Part shown: positions 27,130-40,177 of the stretch, one piece after another
Layout of the letters: every line of letters begins with the position of its first letter
Numbering within the stretch: position 1 is the stretch's first letter
Source of the DNA: Lama glama
Lineage: Eukaryota
Reading direction: 5' to 3'
NCBI GenBank assembly: GCA_028534125.1
Contig: CM052841.1
Coordinates: 67,766,001-67,830,000 of the forward strand
Length of the DNA: 64,000 nt
The notes under the pieces: model-generated
What the model saw: only the letters and a program-made list of their open reading frames with translations
Database searches by the model: none
What the model was told of the DNA's origin: nothing
Made by a program: the position numbers and the translations under genes

Positions 27130-27528
27130 GGGGGACAGAAGAGCAGCCCCCCAACGAGGCTACGTCCTGCCCCAGAACTCACGAACACGTGCCTTACGTG
27201 TCAAGGGGACTCAGCAGGTGATCAAGTTAAGGACTTGACCGGAGAGACTGTCCCGGAAGAGGCGGGCGGGCCCAGCGCCACCGCGAGGGTCCTCACTAGG
27301 GAGGGGAGGCGCTCAGCGTGGAAAGAAGTCCTGAGGAGGGGAGCCGAGGAGGAGGAGGTACCGTCAGCCCAGAGACGGAGGGAGGGAGGGCTGGGAGCCA
27401 GGGAACGCGGGCTTTCCCCGCAGCTCCCACGAGCAGCTCTGACACCTTGATTTTAGGACTTAAACACTCGTGTATTTAAGGCGCAAAGTTCGTGTGATTT
27501 GTCGCAGCAGCCCCCAGAAGCTCACAAG
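27130..27528 (+). mobile_element. MLT1-type (ERVL-MaLR) solo LTR
   Basis: Recognisable blocks gtgccttacgtgtcaagggga...gtgatcaagttaagga and the 3' end gtgtatttaag...gtgatttgtcgcagcagcc...aagctcaca. Confidence 0.65.
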
Positions 27529-29189
27529 GCTCCCTCAGTGCACCCCGCGCCCCCACTGCCCGCCCAGGCCCAGGGCACGCTGCCGAGACAGAAGGACTGT
27601 GGCAGGGTCGGGGCCGGGGAGGGGAGGCTGGCTCTGTCCAGAGGCACAGAAACGCCCCCGACTCAGACACCTGCCTCCGGGTGCTCCGGGAAAGGGAACC
27701 CTGGGCTCCTCCGCCTGCCACAGGGCCGCCCCCTGCACCCCCAGATGGGAGGGGAGCAGGTGCTTGTGCGTGCAGAGGAAGGGGTGTGAGCTGGGGAGGG
27801 GGCCGGAGGTGGGCAGGGAGAAGCCGGGGCCTGGGGCTTGGTCTGGCTGTTGGGGTCCCCCCGCCCTCCTAACAGACCCTGTGCTGCATGACCCCGGGTG
27901 GCCGACCACATTCACGGCCCTGGCCAGGGGTCAGAGGTGGAGGTGGTGGGCCCCAGGGGCCGCCCCCGGGTCACGGCGCACCGTCAGGCAGCTGGCTTGC
28001 TGCCTTGGCCCCCCACCAAGGTCCACGAGGGCAGGGGCCACGTCCATCCCCCCCAGCCCCCAGCACAGGCCTGGCACAGAGGGAGGAACAGGGGTGGGGG
28101 GAGGAGGGGCAGGGGGGGCAGAGTGGAGGGGGCTGCAGACGGAGCCCCAGGAAGGCTCCGAGGCCGCTTCAGCCCTGAGCCTGCAGTGCGCCAGCGCAGG
28201 TGGCGGCCTGGTTTCCTCGCTCCCAGTCGCTGCTGGGGCTGAACCGCCCGTGCCCCCTCCTGGGAATAGGAAGGGAACAGTCAGAAGGAGCCTGAGACAT
28301 CTGTGACCCCGGCCCAGCGGGGAGCCGGCCAGGACAAAGGTCTGTCCAACAGGGACCCAACCTTGTCCGAGCAGGGAGCCAGAAGCTGCTGGAAATCACC
28401 CTCTAATCCGGGTTCTAAGCCCCATGATCTAATTTCCCGCAGGACTGAGCTAAAAGACACCTGGGGGGTTAGCGACAAATTTAGACCGCGTGCGAAAGTG
28501 CTGAGTCACGCTTGCCTGTTTGGGAAAACAGAGCTAATGAAGTTGCTGCCCGGGAGGCAGAGGCCGCAGCCGAGCAGGCAGTGGAAAAACCCGCGGTGGC
28601 TCGGCTGTGAGCAGCTCGCGCAGAACCCAGAGTCACCAGGGGCGGTGTGACCCCCACGGCGGCCCCTGTCCCCAGGCCTGGCAGAGCTCTCCAGAGGGGC
28701 CTGGGATCACAGGGCAGCCCCTCACGGTATAGACAGCGAGGCCCCGGGAGGCAGGAGCGCAGCCCCAGCCCCACCCCCCGGGGGCAGAAGCAGAACCGTG
28801 GGGCGGTGACGGGGGGCGCTCAGGTGTCCACCCGGGGAGCCCTGGGGGCCCTGCAGTGCCTGCTCCGGGAGGGAGGGCCAAACTGCAACTGCCTGCCCTC
28901 CTCCAGGGCCCACCCCGCCTCCCTTCAGCCAGCACCCGTCTGAGCGTGTCTGGGCCAGGCCTCTGCTCGGTGCTGGGTACGGCCGTGAGCAAGTCTGGCC
29001 CTTGGGCGCTTACAGTCTGGCTGTGAAGACACCTGGGGTGGGGCGAGGGGCAGCCGCCTGAGCGACTCTGTTGCGCGTGTGATGGACGATGCTGTTCCTG
29101 GTGCCTAAGGAAGGGAGTGAACTCATGCACCAGGCTGGTCTGGGGGAGGCGGGCAGGGATGGTTAGACCCATTGTCCCCTAGAGGGGAG

Positions 29190-29292
29190 TTTTCTGCAGA
29201 TGAGAGAACGGAGGACAGAGAGCGAGGCGTCTTGCCTGCAGTCACCTGACCCTCGGCTGGTCACTGGCGCTGTCAGGATTAGAACCCAGATC
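29190..29292 (-). mobile_element. MIR SINE fragment
   Basis: ttttctgcagatgagagaacggagg...cttgcctgcagtcac...aggattagaacccagatc. Confidence 0.55.
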
Positions 29293-30169
29293 CCCATGCC
29301 CGGTACGGGAGCGCCAAGGGCCGTACTGTACTCCGACGCCCTACCAAGTCTGTAAGCCTGAGCTCCAGCAGGGCCGGCGTCCAGCCTGGGCGAGGCCCTG
29401 CACGCGGCCAAGCGGAGCCTGGGATCAGGAAGGCGACGGAGGGAGATGTCACGGCCGTGAGACGCCCCGCCCCCTCCCAGCTTCTGGATCCTTCATCTCA
29501 GAAGAGCCTCAGGAGCCTGGGGGTCGTCCCAGCCGGAGGGAGGGTCTGGACCTGTGAGACGGGGATGAGTGTCAAGGATTTGAGTGTCCTGGGGCCTTAG
29601 AGCAGGACCGCAGCCCCGTCCGTCGGTCAGCCCTCGGCTGCGCCCTCCCCGCGCCCAGGAGGCCCGCATGCCCCGCACAGGCAGGGGACGGAGGCGGCCC
29701 TTGGGGCCATCTGCCCCCTCACCAGATGTCATTGATCTCAAGAACAGGCAAAGCAGGCAGTGACGAGGCAAGACGCTCGCCAGGAGCCGGCGACAGCACA
29801 GGGCTGGGGCCTCCTCCTATTCGTGATTCTCCTCCCCCTTGTCCAGGCTCCGGGGGAGCAGCCTGCTGGGCTGAGCCGGGGGGACACGGAGGCAGCCTGG
29901 AGTGCTGGGTGGGGGCGTCTCTCTCCCTGTGCGCCTCCCACCCCCGTCGTCCTGCCTGGGACCCGACTCAGGGACGAGCCCGGGCTGACTGTGCTCCCTC
30001 TGTGTTCCTGCCCACCTCTTGCCCCCTCAGCCCTGAATCCGGGCTCTCTGGACCCCGCCCATCCCACGCAGTGACTGTTTCTTCCTGGGGCCTCAGCCTG
30101 GGCTGACTGCACTCATGTTCAAGCCCCAGCTGGGGTCCCTCAGAGACGCAAATCAGCTGCTCTCTGGTC

Positions 30170-30603
30170 CCAGCCGGGTCAGCAAGGCCCGTGATGCGAG
30201 GGTCCTGGGCCGGGGAGAACGTGGGCTTCCAGGAGCCCGTGTGCACGGCGGAGGCAGACAGTGGCCGTCGGGCGCAGGGCAGCGACCGGCGCACCCACAG
30301 AGGCTCCCCCAGCTCCTGGGGCCGGCGGGCCGTGCCTGGGGGTCCTGGGCTGTAGCCGCAGCGCCCAGCCTCCGCCCCCTTCTGCACAGGACCTTCTCCC
30401 GGTGTGCGTGCCTGTGTGTGTCCCCTCTTCCCTTCCCACGAGGACAGTCACGTGGGATGAGGGGCCCACCGTCCTCCAGTGACACCTCGTCTTAACCTAG
30501 CAGTCCCCTCCGCAAAGACCCTATCTTCAAATGAGGGCTCATTCTGGGGTCCTGGGGTGAGGCCCTCAACATGTGGAGTGGGGGCACAATTCAGTCAGTG
30601 ACA
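30170..30603 (-). mobile_element. MLT1-type LTR
   Basis: acctcgtcttaacc...gcaaagaccctatcttcaaatgagg...attctggggtcctggggtgagg...ggggcacaattca is the typical antisense MLT1 5' end. Confidence 0.7.
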
Positions 30604-31079
30604 GGCCCCTCCTGCTCTGGCCTCTCACGGCACACAGTCCTGCTGCTCCGATCTGCCCCAAATCACCCTCAAATTGTCACGTTCAGGCTCCCTTACCCTC
30701 CCACGAAGGTCCTCAGGGTCTGTCTGCCCCCTCAGCACCCGCCCCCCAAGGCTGGCACAGACCTGGGCACCCAGAGGGCGTCAGACGCACCTCACGAATG
30801 GACTAGAATGTGCTGTGGGAAGTTCTCCACCCACCAAACCCAGCCCAAGCCCCGACAGAAGCCTCTTCCGTCCAGCCAAGGGGAGGATTCCCGTCTGATG
30901 GCCAAGAAGGAATCCAGGGGACCCACGGCCCAGGGGGTGGGGAGAAGGCCCGCCGCTCCCACTGCCAGGTGGGCCCAGGTGGGCTGGCCTGGAGGGCATG
31001 ACAACAGGGACAGTTCACCCTGGACTGGGTCCCTCGGGATCCCCATCAGCCCTGCCCAGACCAGGAACCCTGAGACGAG

Positions 31080-31480
31080 GTGTGCCGGTGACACAGGAGA
31101 AACGGGGCATGAGAGGACGGTGTGTCCCGGGACCCGGCCCCGCCACGTGAGGGTCCTTGGCTTCCCGCAGGAAGGCGTCTGGGAACCAGCCGCAGTCGAG
31201 TGGGGATGGATTTACTCAGAGACACACGCTCCACAGACAGAGCGCAGCCTCCCAGAGACCAGAGAGGGGGCCGTGCAGAGTGGGGGCCGGCGTTTATGGG
31301 CTGAGGACCGTTGTAGGCTGACAGGTGCGGGGGCGGGGATCCCCAGGAGTCGGGCCGCCGCCCACGTCCCGGCCTTTCCTGGTCCGCCCCCGGCATCCTG
31401 GCGCCTGTGGGGGCCCTCCCCCTGCTGATGTAGTGCAGTGAGGGCATCGTGCAGCTCAGGGTCGCTGGGAGTCGACGCTC
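31080..31480 (-). mobile_element. Probable ERV1-class LTR fragment
   Basis: gtccttggcttcccgcaggaagg...tttactcagagacacacgctccacagacagag resembles recalled antisense ERV1 LTR U5/R sequence. Confidence 0.4.
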
Positions 31481-34400
31481 CCGTTGCTGTGCCCTGCCCC
31501 TCCTGCCTGCCTCACCAAGTGTTCCTTCGGAAACTAAGTCTCTGTGTTTCCCGGAAAGCTCTCGAGCCCACATCCCTCCTCAACTTGGCTCCCCAGGATC
31601 GTACACAGGAAGTCCGACCTTCCTGCTGCCACGGTCTGGGGAGAGCGGGGTGGACGGGTGTTTGGCACCGCAGGGAAGCCTGCAGGAGACAGTCACACCG
31701 GGGCCTCAGACGGAAGGGCGGGTGTAAGTTGGACCCCAGGCTGATGCACTTTCCTGTCTCCGGGGGAAAGAGGGTTCCCGAGGCCTGGAGGCCCGGCAGT
31801 GTGGCTCACCCCCTCAAGTTCCCCAGACCCCACCAGGGCCCAGAGGGCGGTCCCAGGGACGCTGAGGAGGAGCTGCAGGCAAGGGGGGCCTTCGGCTCCC
31901 CTCCTGGGCCTCCTGTCCAGGGACCTGCGGCACGCTCCCTGAACCACAGGCTGATCCAGAGGCCACTGTCCTCCCTGGAGCCTCCGCCGGGCAAGGCCCT
32001 GGTCCTCCGTCCCGTGGGCCGCCCCTGCCCACCTGCAGGACTTCCCCGTCCCCTCCGGCTGGGGAGAGTCGGGAAGCAGACTGGCCAGTGTCCACCGGGC
32101 ACCCACTGGGAGCCAGACCCTTCTGGGCGTGTGGCCCCCTGACCCTGTCCAGCCCGGCCTGTCGTCCTCACTCCAGACTCACACCTCAGCTGCCCGCCAA
32201 TGTCTGCACAGAGTGGGTCTCCCCTTCCCCTAGGGCCCCCGGCCACCATATCCTTCCCGCTGCTCAGGCCCGACCCCGGGAGGTATCGACTCAGCTCCCA
32301 GAGCCGCGTGCCACCCTCGTCCCGCCATCACTGGGAACCCCTTCGCCGTTCCCAGCAGTTGTCACCAGAAAGCTGTGGCCCCGCCTCCTGGTCCCACTGC
32401 GCTTGGCAGCTGGGTCCCCACCCCCACCCTTCTTAGGAAACCGGTGCCCTTGGCCCTGCCTGCCACCCTCCTGCTTCGTCCATCAGCTCCTTCCGGAGGG
32501 GGAACCACCCCCTGGGATGCCCTCCCCATCTCAGACCCCAGACCTCAGGGGGCATCTCCACCTGTCATTAGAGCTCAGTCTAATGCCACCTCCTGGGCGA
32601 CACACCCCTGGCCCCACTCCCAGGCAGCACCCCCTCTCTGGCCACCCCACCAGTGCGGTGGCCCCTTCTGCGGTCTTCCCCGACTACCTGCATCTTTAGG
32701 AGGGAGATGCTGCGTGGGTGGTCTCACTCACCCACTGCTGGCACCCCAGACCCCAGCAAGCCCGCAGTGACGCTGAAGGTCGCCAGGACCCCGCAGCTGA
32801 GGAGTGCGGGGCCCGGGCCTTCTGGGAGCCCGGCCCAGACCCCACACACCCCCCAGAGCCCCCGGGCAGGCCACGCTGCCCCGTGCTCCCTAGGCCCTCC
32901 AGCTCCGAGTCCATCGCGTTGCTCCCGCTTTCCTCCCGCGGAGGTCAGAGCTGCTAGACGCGCACAGATCGATGTAATGCAGCCCCGAGCGCCTCCCTGA
33001 GCCCTGGGCTCTGGGCGGCCCCTTCCTCCCCACCACAGACACCCCAGGGGTCAGAGCAGCCCCGAGGGGCGCACACGCGTGTACGGGGTAGATCAGCGCC
33101 TGGGGGCTGCCAAAACAAGCAAGTCACCGCGCGCTGGTGAGCGCAGAGCAACGCCGTGAGCCCTCTCGGGCCTGGAGGCCAGGGGGCCGAGGTCAAGGTG
33201 CTGCCAGCCGCGCTCCCTGCCGAGGTTCCTTCCAGATTCCGGCGGCTCCAGTGTGCCCTGGCTTGCGGCTCTGTCCTCTCGCAGCCTCCTCTTCTCTTGT
33301 CATTGGACTGTGGTCCCCTCAGTGGACGGGGTCTCATCTGGAGGCCCTTCACTGAATTACATGTGCAAGCACTCTTTCCGAGTAAGGTCACAGCTTCAGA
33401 CTCGGGGTGGGCATCGCCTTGGGGTAGGGGAGGCAGGGCCACCACTCGACCCACGACGGCGAGCTGTTTTCCTAGTCGTGTTCTGCACCTGCAAAGCCTC
33501 CCCCGCCCCCTGCTGTGTGAGGGCAGCACCCCGCCCGCCCGGCTCTGTGTCCTCTGGGTCTGGTGCAGGCAGACACTCCGGAAATGCTTGTCTGTGCTCC
33601 GGGCCACCCCAGGAGGGGTGTGAGTGCAGAGCAGGTGCTCCTGCTGGGCCCCTCCCCAGGCAAGCAAAACTCCAGCGTGGGGACGCTTGCAGGCTGGGCC
33701 AAGCGCCCCCAGCCCCATGGCGTCCGTCCACCACAATGTGGCCCCGCAGACAGCTTGGGAGGCACGAAGGTCAGATTCACTGAAGGACTTCCGTGACTGT
33801 GTGCGGCACACGGCCCGGCCTCCGCTGCGGGAATTGCAAGCAGGCCTCGGAACCCAGACAAATTGGCACCCAGAGATGACGCGCAGGCAGGTCGTGTCCC
33901 CTCGTCAGGCTGGCAGCTCATTAAGGCAGCGCGGGGAGCCACCAAGGGGGTGAGGTCACAGCAGCGGGCGGACTCCTCATTAGCTCGCGGAAGCTCAGAA
34001 CTGGGGAGGAGGTGAACGTGCGACCGACTTCTGCCGGCTGACGGGCACCGGCGCTGGCAGAAACGCTATGGCAACCAGATGCAAGGGCTTAATTACATGC
34101 TTTCTCACAAAGATTAATGGGGAGCAGACACCTTCACCTCGCAGTCAGGGAGGAGAAAGAGAAGCTGGCTCTGTGGACGCGCGCAGCCGGCCCCTCCGCC
34201 CTCCAGGCAGGTGTGCCCGCGGACCTGCCGGGGCCGTGAATCCGAGCTGTGCGCCACCTCCCCCCTGCTTCCCGGGGGCCCACGCCAGCTGGCCCTCTGG
34301 CCGTGTGACAGCCGCCCGGTCTGGCTGGACCAGCCAGACCCAGAACACGGCTTCACCCGTGTTCACCTGCCCACTGGCCTCTGCCCGGGTGCTGAGCAGG

Positions 34401-35739
34401 GCGGGCGCCTGCCCATGGGGGCGGGGCGGGGCGTCCGGGGGAGCCCTGGGGGCGGCCAAGAGGAGGGTACGGGTGTCGGCAAGACCCTCCACCTCGGTCT
34501 CAGCACGTGTCGGCCAGTGGGTGCGCCAGCCCCGTTTCCCAGAGGACGGGCAAAGGCTCAGGGCAGCCAGGGTCTCGCCTCTCACCCAGGACAGAACCAG
34601 TCCCACCCCAGCCCCTGGGACAGCAGAAGCTGGCTCTCCCCACGACACGAGACTGTTGGTCCTGAGGGACGAAGGCGTTCACAGGTTTGGGGGTTCCAGG
34701 TGCACGTTCAGCCTGGCCACTGCATCCCCCACCCCCACTGTCCCCGGGCGGCAGCTGGCGGGAGGTGACAGCATCTCCCTCTCACCGTGTGACCTTGTGG
34801 GTTTGCCTGCTGGCTCCTGGCCGGCCAGGGCTCTGTGTGAGGGTGATGTCGCCTGTTAATTGGGGTTTATCAAGTCCCGCTGTGGGCCAGCACCCAACTA
34901 GCCCGCCTGCTGTGCGGGGAGCCTCACGCCTCCTCCCTGTGCAAACTCTGGCAAGTGTAGGTGAGAGGAGAGGCGAATTCCCGCTGAGGGAGGACGACGG
35001 GGCGGGGCTTCACCCTGGCCTGGGGGCCGGGAGGACAGCGCAGCCCGTAAAGCCCACCCCTCTCCCCTCCGGGCCCCCTGCCGCCTGCCCTCGGCTGATC
35101 GATCGATCGCAGAGCAGCAGCTGCCCCTCCTCCTCTGTCCCCACCGCCGGCCCAAGGCAGCCGTTCAGTGAGCAAAAGCTGCTTCTCGCTTTGGTTTCCA
35201 CTATGCACCCCTTCTTCCAGAGAGCCTTCCTGGGCTCCTAGACCTACAAAATCACGAAGTGGCAGAAGCAGGGTCATGGGGCGAAGCCAGCGTCTCTCGT
35301 CGTCCCTTCGAAGCTCACTTGGTGGAGAAGTTCTTCTTAGGACGGGATCTCAGACACGGCTGACTGGTCATTCCGAGGCACTGAGACCCATTCCTCCTGC
35401 CTTGTCCACAGACCCAGCCTCAGGCCAGAAGGAGGGTATGGCTCCACTCGTGTCTCCCCTCCCCCAGCCTGAGGGCAGGCCCTCCTCCCCATCCTCAGCC
35501 CCAGCTTCCCCTCGCCCTCCCAGGCTCCCACCCTCAGGGGTGCAGTCTAGAAAGTTCTCACTGACCAGTGCTGTCAGATGGGCCCAGTCTCCCGGCCGGC
35601 AGGTGCCCAGAGCCCACACGCTCCCACACTGTGCTCGGGGCCTATAGGGGACTTCCAGGGGGCCTCCCCACGGTGTGGGCGTCACTGGGGGCCTCTCCTC
35701 TGCCTGGCACGCCCCATCCCCCACCCACAGCCTCTTTCT

Positions 35740-35897
35740 NNNNNNNNNNNNNNNNNNNNNNNNNNNNNNNNNNNNNNNNNNNNNNNNNNNNNNNNNNNNN
35801 NNNNNNNNNNNNNNNNNNNNNNNNNNNNNNNNNNNNNNNNNNNNNNNNNNNNNNNNNNNNNNNNNNNNNNNNNNNNNNNNNNNNNNNNNNNNNNNNN
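35740..35897. other. Assembly gap
   Basis: N run. Confidence 1.
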
Positions 35898-36244
35898 GAT
35901 TCAGATGGAGGAAAAAAAATAACACGGGACACTGGCCCTAGGGAGTTAAGGTGCAGGTCAAAGGAATGACCTCGTTAAGCCCGGACCCTGGCGTCTTCCC
36001 GTGCACAGAGAAGTGCTAAATCCATCGACCTGAGGCATCTGGTGTTCTCTAATTAGCAGTAATATTTTGATGTTCCGACTACCTGGGTTTTTTTTGCAAA
36101 CACTCCAGTATGTCCTGGCTCCCCCCTTACCTTTTTGGAATAGTCCCTTCACAGTTGCCAAAACTGTTGACTGAAAAAAAAAAGCACAGCGTCAAAGCTG
36201 AGAATTCTGTCCTACTCAGGACTGAGCCGGGAACAGCCCCTCAG
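35898..36244 (+). mobile_element. ERV LTR (laurasiatherian ERV1-like) with its 3' end/PBS apparently inverted
   Basis: 35898-36148 resembles a recalled LTR family on +. 36143-36244 reads as the LTR 3' end (...cagtcaaca) plus a PBS on the - strand. Confidence 0.6.
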
Positions 36245-37554
36245 GCCTGTCTGCGCACCCGCTGGGCTCACTGGGGGCTTGACCCTGCGACACAGCCGCT
36301 CAGATAGCGCCGTGACCCACGATCGCGTGTGCGTTACAGGGCACCGGTGCTCGCTGCCTGGATCAGCCAGGACAGTCTGACAGAGTCCCAGTCGCTTCAG
36401 ATAACAAGGGTTTAGGGTTCAGTTACACGCATGGACGTGTGGGTCAGCCCCAGGCCCTGCTCAGGCCGAGCACCCCCGGGGGGAGCGTTCTGGTCCCAGA
36501 GGCGGAGGAGGCCAGCACTCGGGGGTCCTGCGCCTGCTATTAAATGCTCAGCCCGGAGCGCCACACCCCCTTCTGCTCAGAGCTGTCACACGGCCCGACC
36601 CCCCCCAGGGACCCAGGAGTGCGGTCCAAGGTGGCTGGAGGGGGGCTGCCGTGGTGACACCCGCGGTGGTGTGTCCCCACAACAGCCTGCGCCCCCACAC
36701 CGGGACTGCAGCCCCTGGAGCTGGTAAGGCCTGCAGGCAGGGGCCCCCTGCGTGCCGGGTCCAGGCGCTCAGTGTTTGCTCACTTAATAAACCAGTTCAC
36801 TTGGAAAGCAGGATGCTCCAGGTTCTTCACAGGCACGACTCCCAGAGAGGCTCTCCATCAGGATTTGGGGGGCAGACCCCGAAGTGCGATCACATTCACT
36901 CCGGAAGCTGCCAGCCCAGCTCACGGGGCACTAAGAGCAGAACCCCCGTCCGGGTGATGCACCCCCGCCCCTCTCGGAGCAAGGGGGCTCCTGCTGGCCC
37001 CGCGCCGTCCTCCTCCTCCTCCCCCCGTTCCTCCGTGACGGCCAAGGGGAGAGGTCGGGGAAGCATCTCTGAGACGGCTGATGGGGAAAGGCAGGGACCG
37101 TGGTGACCTGCCTTCCCCGGTCCTCACTGTGTCCCCAGCCGCCAGCCCTGGCTCTCCTGTCACGCTGGCCCTCCTGTTCCTCCTGTCCTGTCACCCGCCC
37201 CTGCTCCTGTTGGTGGCTGACAGAAAATGACCTTGGGAGCACAGACGTGGCGACCCAGGCACAGCCTGGTGTGAGTCCAGGCTCCGGCTGGAGCTGCAGC
37301 CTGCGTGTCTGTTCTGGGTAACTGTTCTGTACAACGCAGCCGGAGAAACCCGAGCCTCCCCGGGCTCTGCGGCGCCCAGCTGCATCCCCGGGCTGCTCCG
37401 CGCCCTCTGGGCCTGTTTCCTCCTCTGCAAAGGGTCCTGACGTAAGTGACCCCTGGGACGTGGAGGGTTGGAGGCGTCAGTCTGACATGGGGAGGTTGGG
37501 CCAGGCTTGCAGGGAGTCCTTGGTCCACAGCCCGCACCCCTGCTGTAGGGGAGG

Positions 37555-37745
37555 GGGGACGTCCTGGGCTCAAATCCCTGCCCCTCCGCCCACCAGCTGG
37601 GATGCAGGCAAGTCTCATCACCAGCCTGAGCCTCTTCTCCGCTTCTGTGAGGTGGGGATGGCAGTCCCAGCCTGCCTCGTGGGGCTGTTGAGTGGCTTCC
37701 AGGAGGTGAGGGCTGTAAGATTTCCAGCTCTACGTGAGCACCTGG
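37555..37745 (+). mobile_element. MIR SINE fragment
   Basis: ctgggctcaaatccc...ccagctg...ggcaagtctc...gcctgagcctc...ttctgtgaggtggggatg. Confidence 0.6.
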
Positions 37746-37777
37746 AAGAGATGCAGTGATTGTCAGTGGGGAGGCTT

Positions 37778-38277
37778 NNNNNNNNNNNNNNNNNNNNNNN
37801 NNNNNNNNNNNNNNNNNNNNNNNNNNNNNNNNNNNNNNNNNNNNNNNNNNNNNNNNNNNNNNNNNNNNNNNNNNNNNNNNNNNNNNNNNNNNNNNNNNNN
37901 NNNNNNNNNNNNNNNNNNNNNNNNNNNNNNNNNNNNNNNNNNNNNNNNNNNNNNNNNNNNNNNNNNNNNNNNNNNNNNNNNNNNNNNNNNNNNNNNNNNN
38001 NNNNNNNNNNNNNNNNNNNNNNNNNNNNNNNNNNNNNNNNNNNNNNNNNNNNNNNNNNNNNNNNNNNNNNNNNNNNNNNNNNNNNNNNNNNNNNNNNNNN
38101 NNNNNNNNNNNNNNNNNNNNNNNNNNNNNNNNNNNNNNNNNNNNNNNNNNNNNNNNNNNNNNNNNNNNNNNNNNNNNNNNNNNNNNNNNNNNNNNNNNNN
38201 NNNNNNNNNNNNNNNNNNNNNNNNNNNNNNNNNNNNNNNNNNNNNNNNNNNNNNNNNNNNNNNNNNNNNNNNNNNNN
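37778..38277. other. Assembly gap (exactly 500 N, probably a placeholder size)
   Basis: N run. Confidence 1.
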
Positions 38278-39412
38278 GGAGGGGAGACCAGGGGACCCCC
38301 ACGTGCCCTCTGGCTGCCCCACTCTCAGATGCTCTGAGCCCGGTTTTCCCAAGGTTGGGTATCAGGGATGGAAGTGGAGGGGAGGGGCCCCGGCGGTCTG
38401 CTCCTGCCTGGCCCGGCCTCCCCAGGGCAAACACGGGGCTCGACTCACTGCACACCCCCCGCCCTTGCTGGTGGGAAACACAGGCCTCTGTCCGCCCCAC
38501 AGACGTTTCTGACCCTGAGGGCCGCTTTCTGAGATGACTCAGTCCGGAGCCGGCACCACCAGCGCATCGGGACCCGCCTGTGAGCAGCCGGCCCGCATCC
38601 CGCAAACAGCCCCCCGCGGGCCCGCCCCCCAGCGCCCTCACTCAGGGTGCTGACGGGTCTCCTGCCTTCCCCACCCCTCTAGGAAGGTCCATGCGCGGCG
38701 ACGGCCCGTCCGTGCGGCTCTCAGCAGCCGGCTCCCCGTTATCAATGAACCGCTCGGCTTCATTAACAGTTAGCGCCTCTGCCGGGCAGCGTGCCGCCCT
38801 GTGGGAACTGAGGGGGCGGGGGGTGGCATGGCCACCAAGCAGAGGCCACTGGGGCCCTGAGAGGGGACAGCGCCGGGCCTCAGCGCTGCTGGCCCTGGCA
38901 ATCCCCGCGTGAGCTGGGGGAGGCTCCCAGACCGGGAAGCCTGTCCCCCGTGTGAGGGAGGCCAGCCCAACTGCCAGCGCCACAGAACCGACCGGCCCCC
39001 GCCCACAGGGCATGGCCAGCGGAGACCCCTCACGCGACACTGAGGGCAAAGTCCCTCAGGAAAAGGCCAGGCAGTAAACGTGCAGGCTCTGCAGGGCGTC
39101 TGGCCTCCACTGTAGCTGCTCGGCTCTGCCGTGCGGCCGAAAGCCGGGATGGGCGAACCAGCTGGTGTCGGTGCGCACCAGCAAAGCTTTACTTCCCCAC
39201 AGGCCAGCTTTGGCTGGTGGGCTGCAGTCGGCTGGTCCCTGACCACCGCGTTTTGTCCTCAGAGCATCCCTGGAGGTGTCTGTGATAGCCGTCTTGTTGC
39301 TAGGCAGCTGGCGGCGGGAAGGGCCCACTGCGCTCAGGGCCGCTGCCACTCCTGCTGGGGCCAGCTAGTCCGCCCAGCCCTCTGCCCAGGCGGGCCCTCC
39401 ACCATCTCCTTC

Positions 39413-39488
39413 ATGGCGGTGCCTGGGATTGAACCCAGGACCTCATGCCCCCTAAGCACATGCTCTACCCCTGAGCTGTGCCCTCCCC
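39413..39488 (-). mobile_element. tRNA-derived SINE (camelid Vic-1-like), tail-truncated
   Basis: gggattgaacccaggacctcatgccccctaagcacatgctctacccctgagctgtgccctcccc; the B box GGTTCAATCCC is on the - strand. Confidence 0.85.
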
Positions 39489-39544
39489 AGCGCTCCCTAC
39501 TGTCTCCTTTCAGCATCACCCCAGCTCCCGTGTGAGTCAGGGCA

Positions 39545-39673
39545 NNNNNNNNNNNNNNNNNNNNNNNNNNNNNNNNNNNNNNNNNNNNNNNNNNNNNNNN
39601 NNNNNNNNNNNNNNNNNNNNNNNNNNNNNNNNNNNNNNNNNNNNNNNNNNNNNNNNNNNNNNNNNNNNNNNNN
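39545..39673. other. Assembly gap
   Basis: N run. Confidence 1.
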
Positions 39674-39749
39674 TTGGCTCACACATTACAGAGACTGACA
39701 AGTCCTAAGGCCCAGGGGCACCTGTGTAACGGTTTAAGAACGGTTTAAG

Positions 39750-40177
39750 CCGTAAGGACCACAACCCTGCGGCTTAAACAGGAGAAGCGTACGCTTTCCT
39801 AGGCTTGGAGGCTGGAAGTCCGGAGTCCCAGGGTCGGCAGGGCTGGTTCCTTCTGCGGGAGAATCTTCCAGGCCCCTCTGACTCCTGCTCGTGGTCGGCA
39901 AGCCTTGGGTCTCTTGGTCTGTAGCTGTGTGGCCCCAGCCTTGACCCCTTCCTCCCTCTGTGTCTGCGCCTTCACCGCCTTCTCTGCTCCGTGTGTCAGT
40001 CTCCGCGGCTCTGCTCTGCTTCAAAGGACCCCAGACACACGGGACTAAGGGCCCATCCTACTCCAGACTGCCCTCATCTCAGCTTCCATCTCAATTACTC
40101 CTGCAAAGACTTTGTTTCCAAATAAGGCCGCATTTGCTGGCATGGGGCCGAGGACGTCCGCGTCCTGGGGACACGGA
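39750..40177 (-). mobile_element. MLT1-type (MaLR) LTR
   Basis: ggcttaaaca...ggaggctggaagtccg...gtcggcagggctggttccttctg and ctgcaaagactttgtttccaaataagg are classic MLT1 blocks. Confidence 0.8.

Noticed and set aside
29760-29860. Signal-peptide-like stretch GWGLLLFVILLPLVQA
   Set aside because: No in-frame ATG, no GT donor at the expected position and no downstream exons found.
37618-38641. Long ORFs spanning N gaps
   Set aside because: Artefacts of translating N runs as X.
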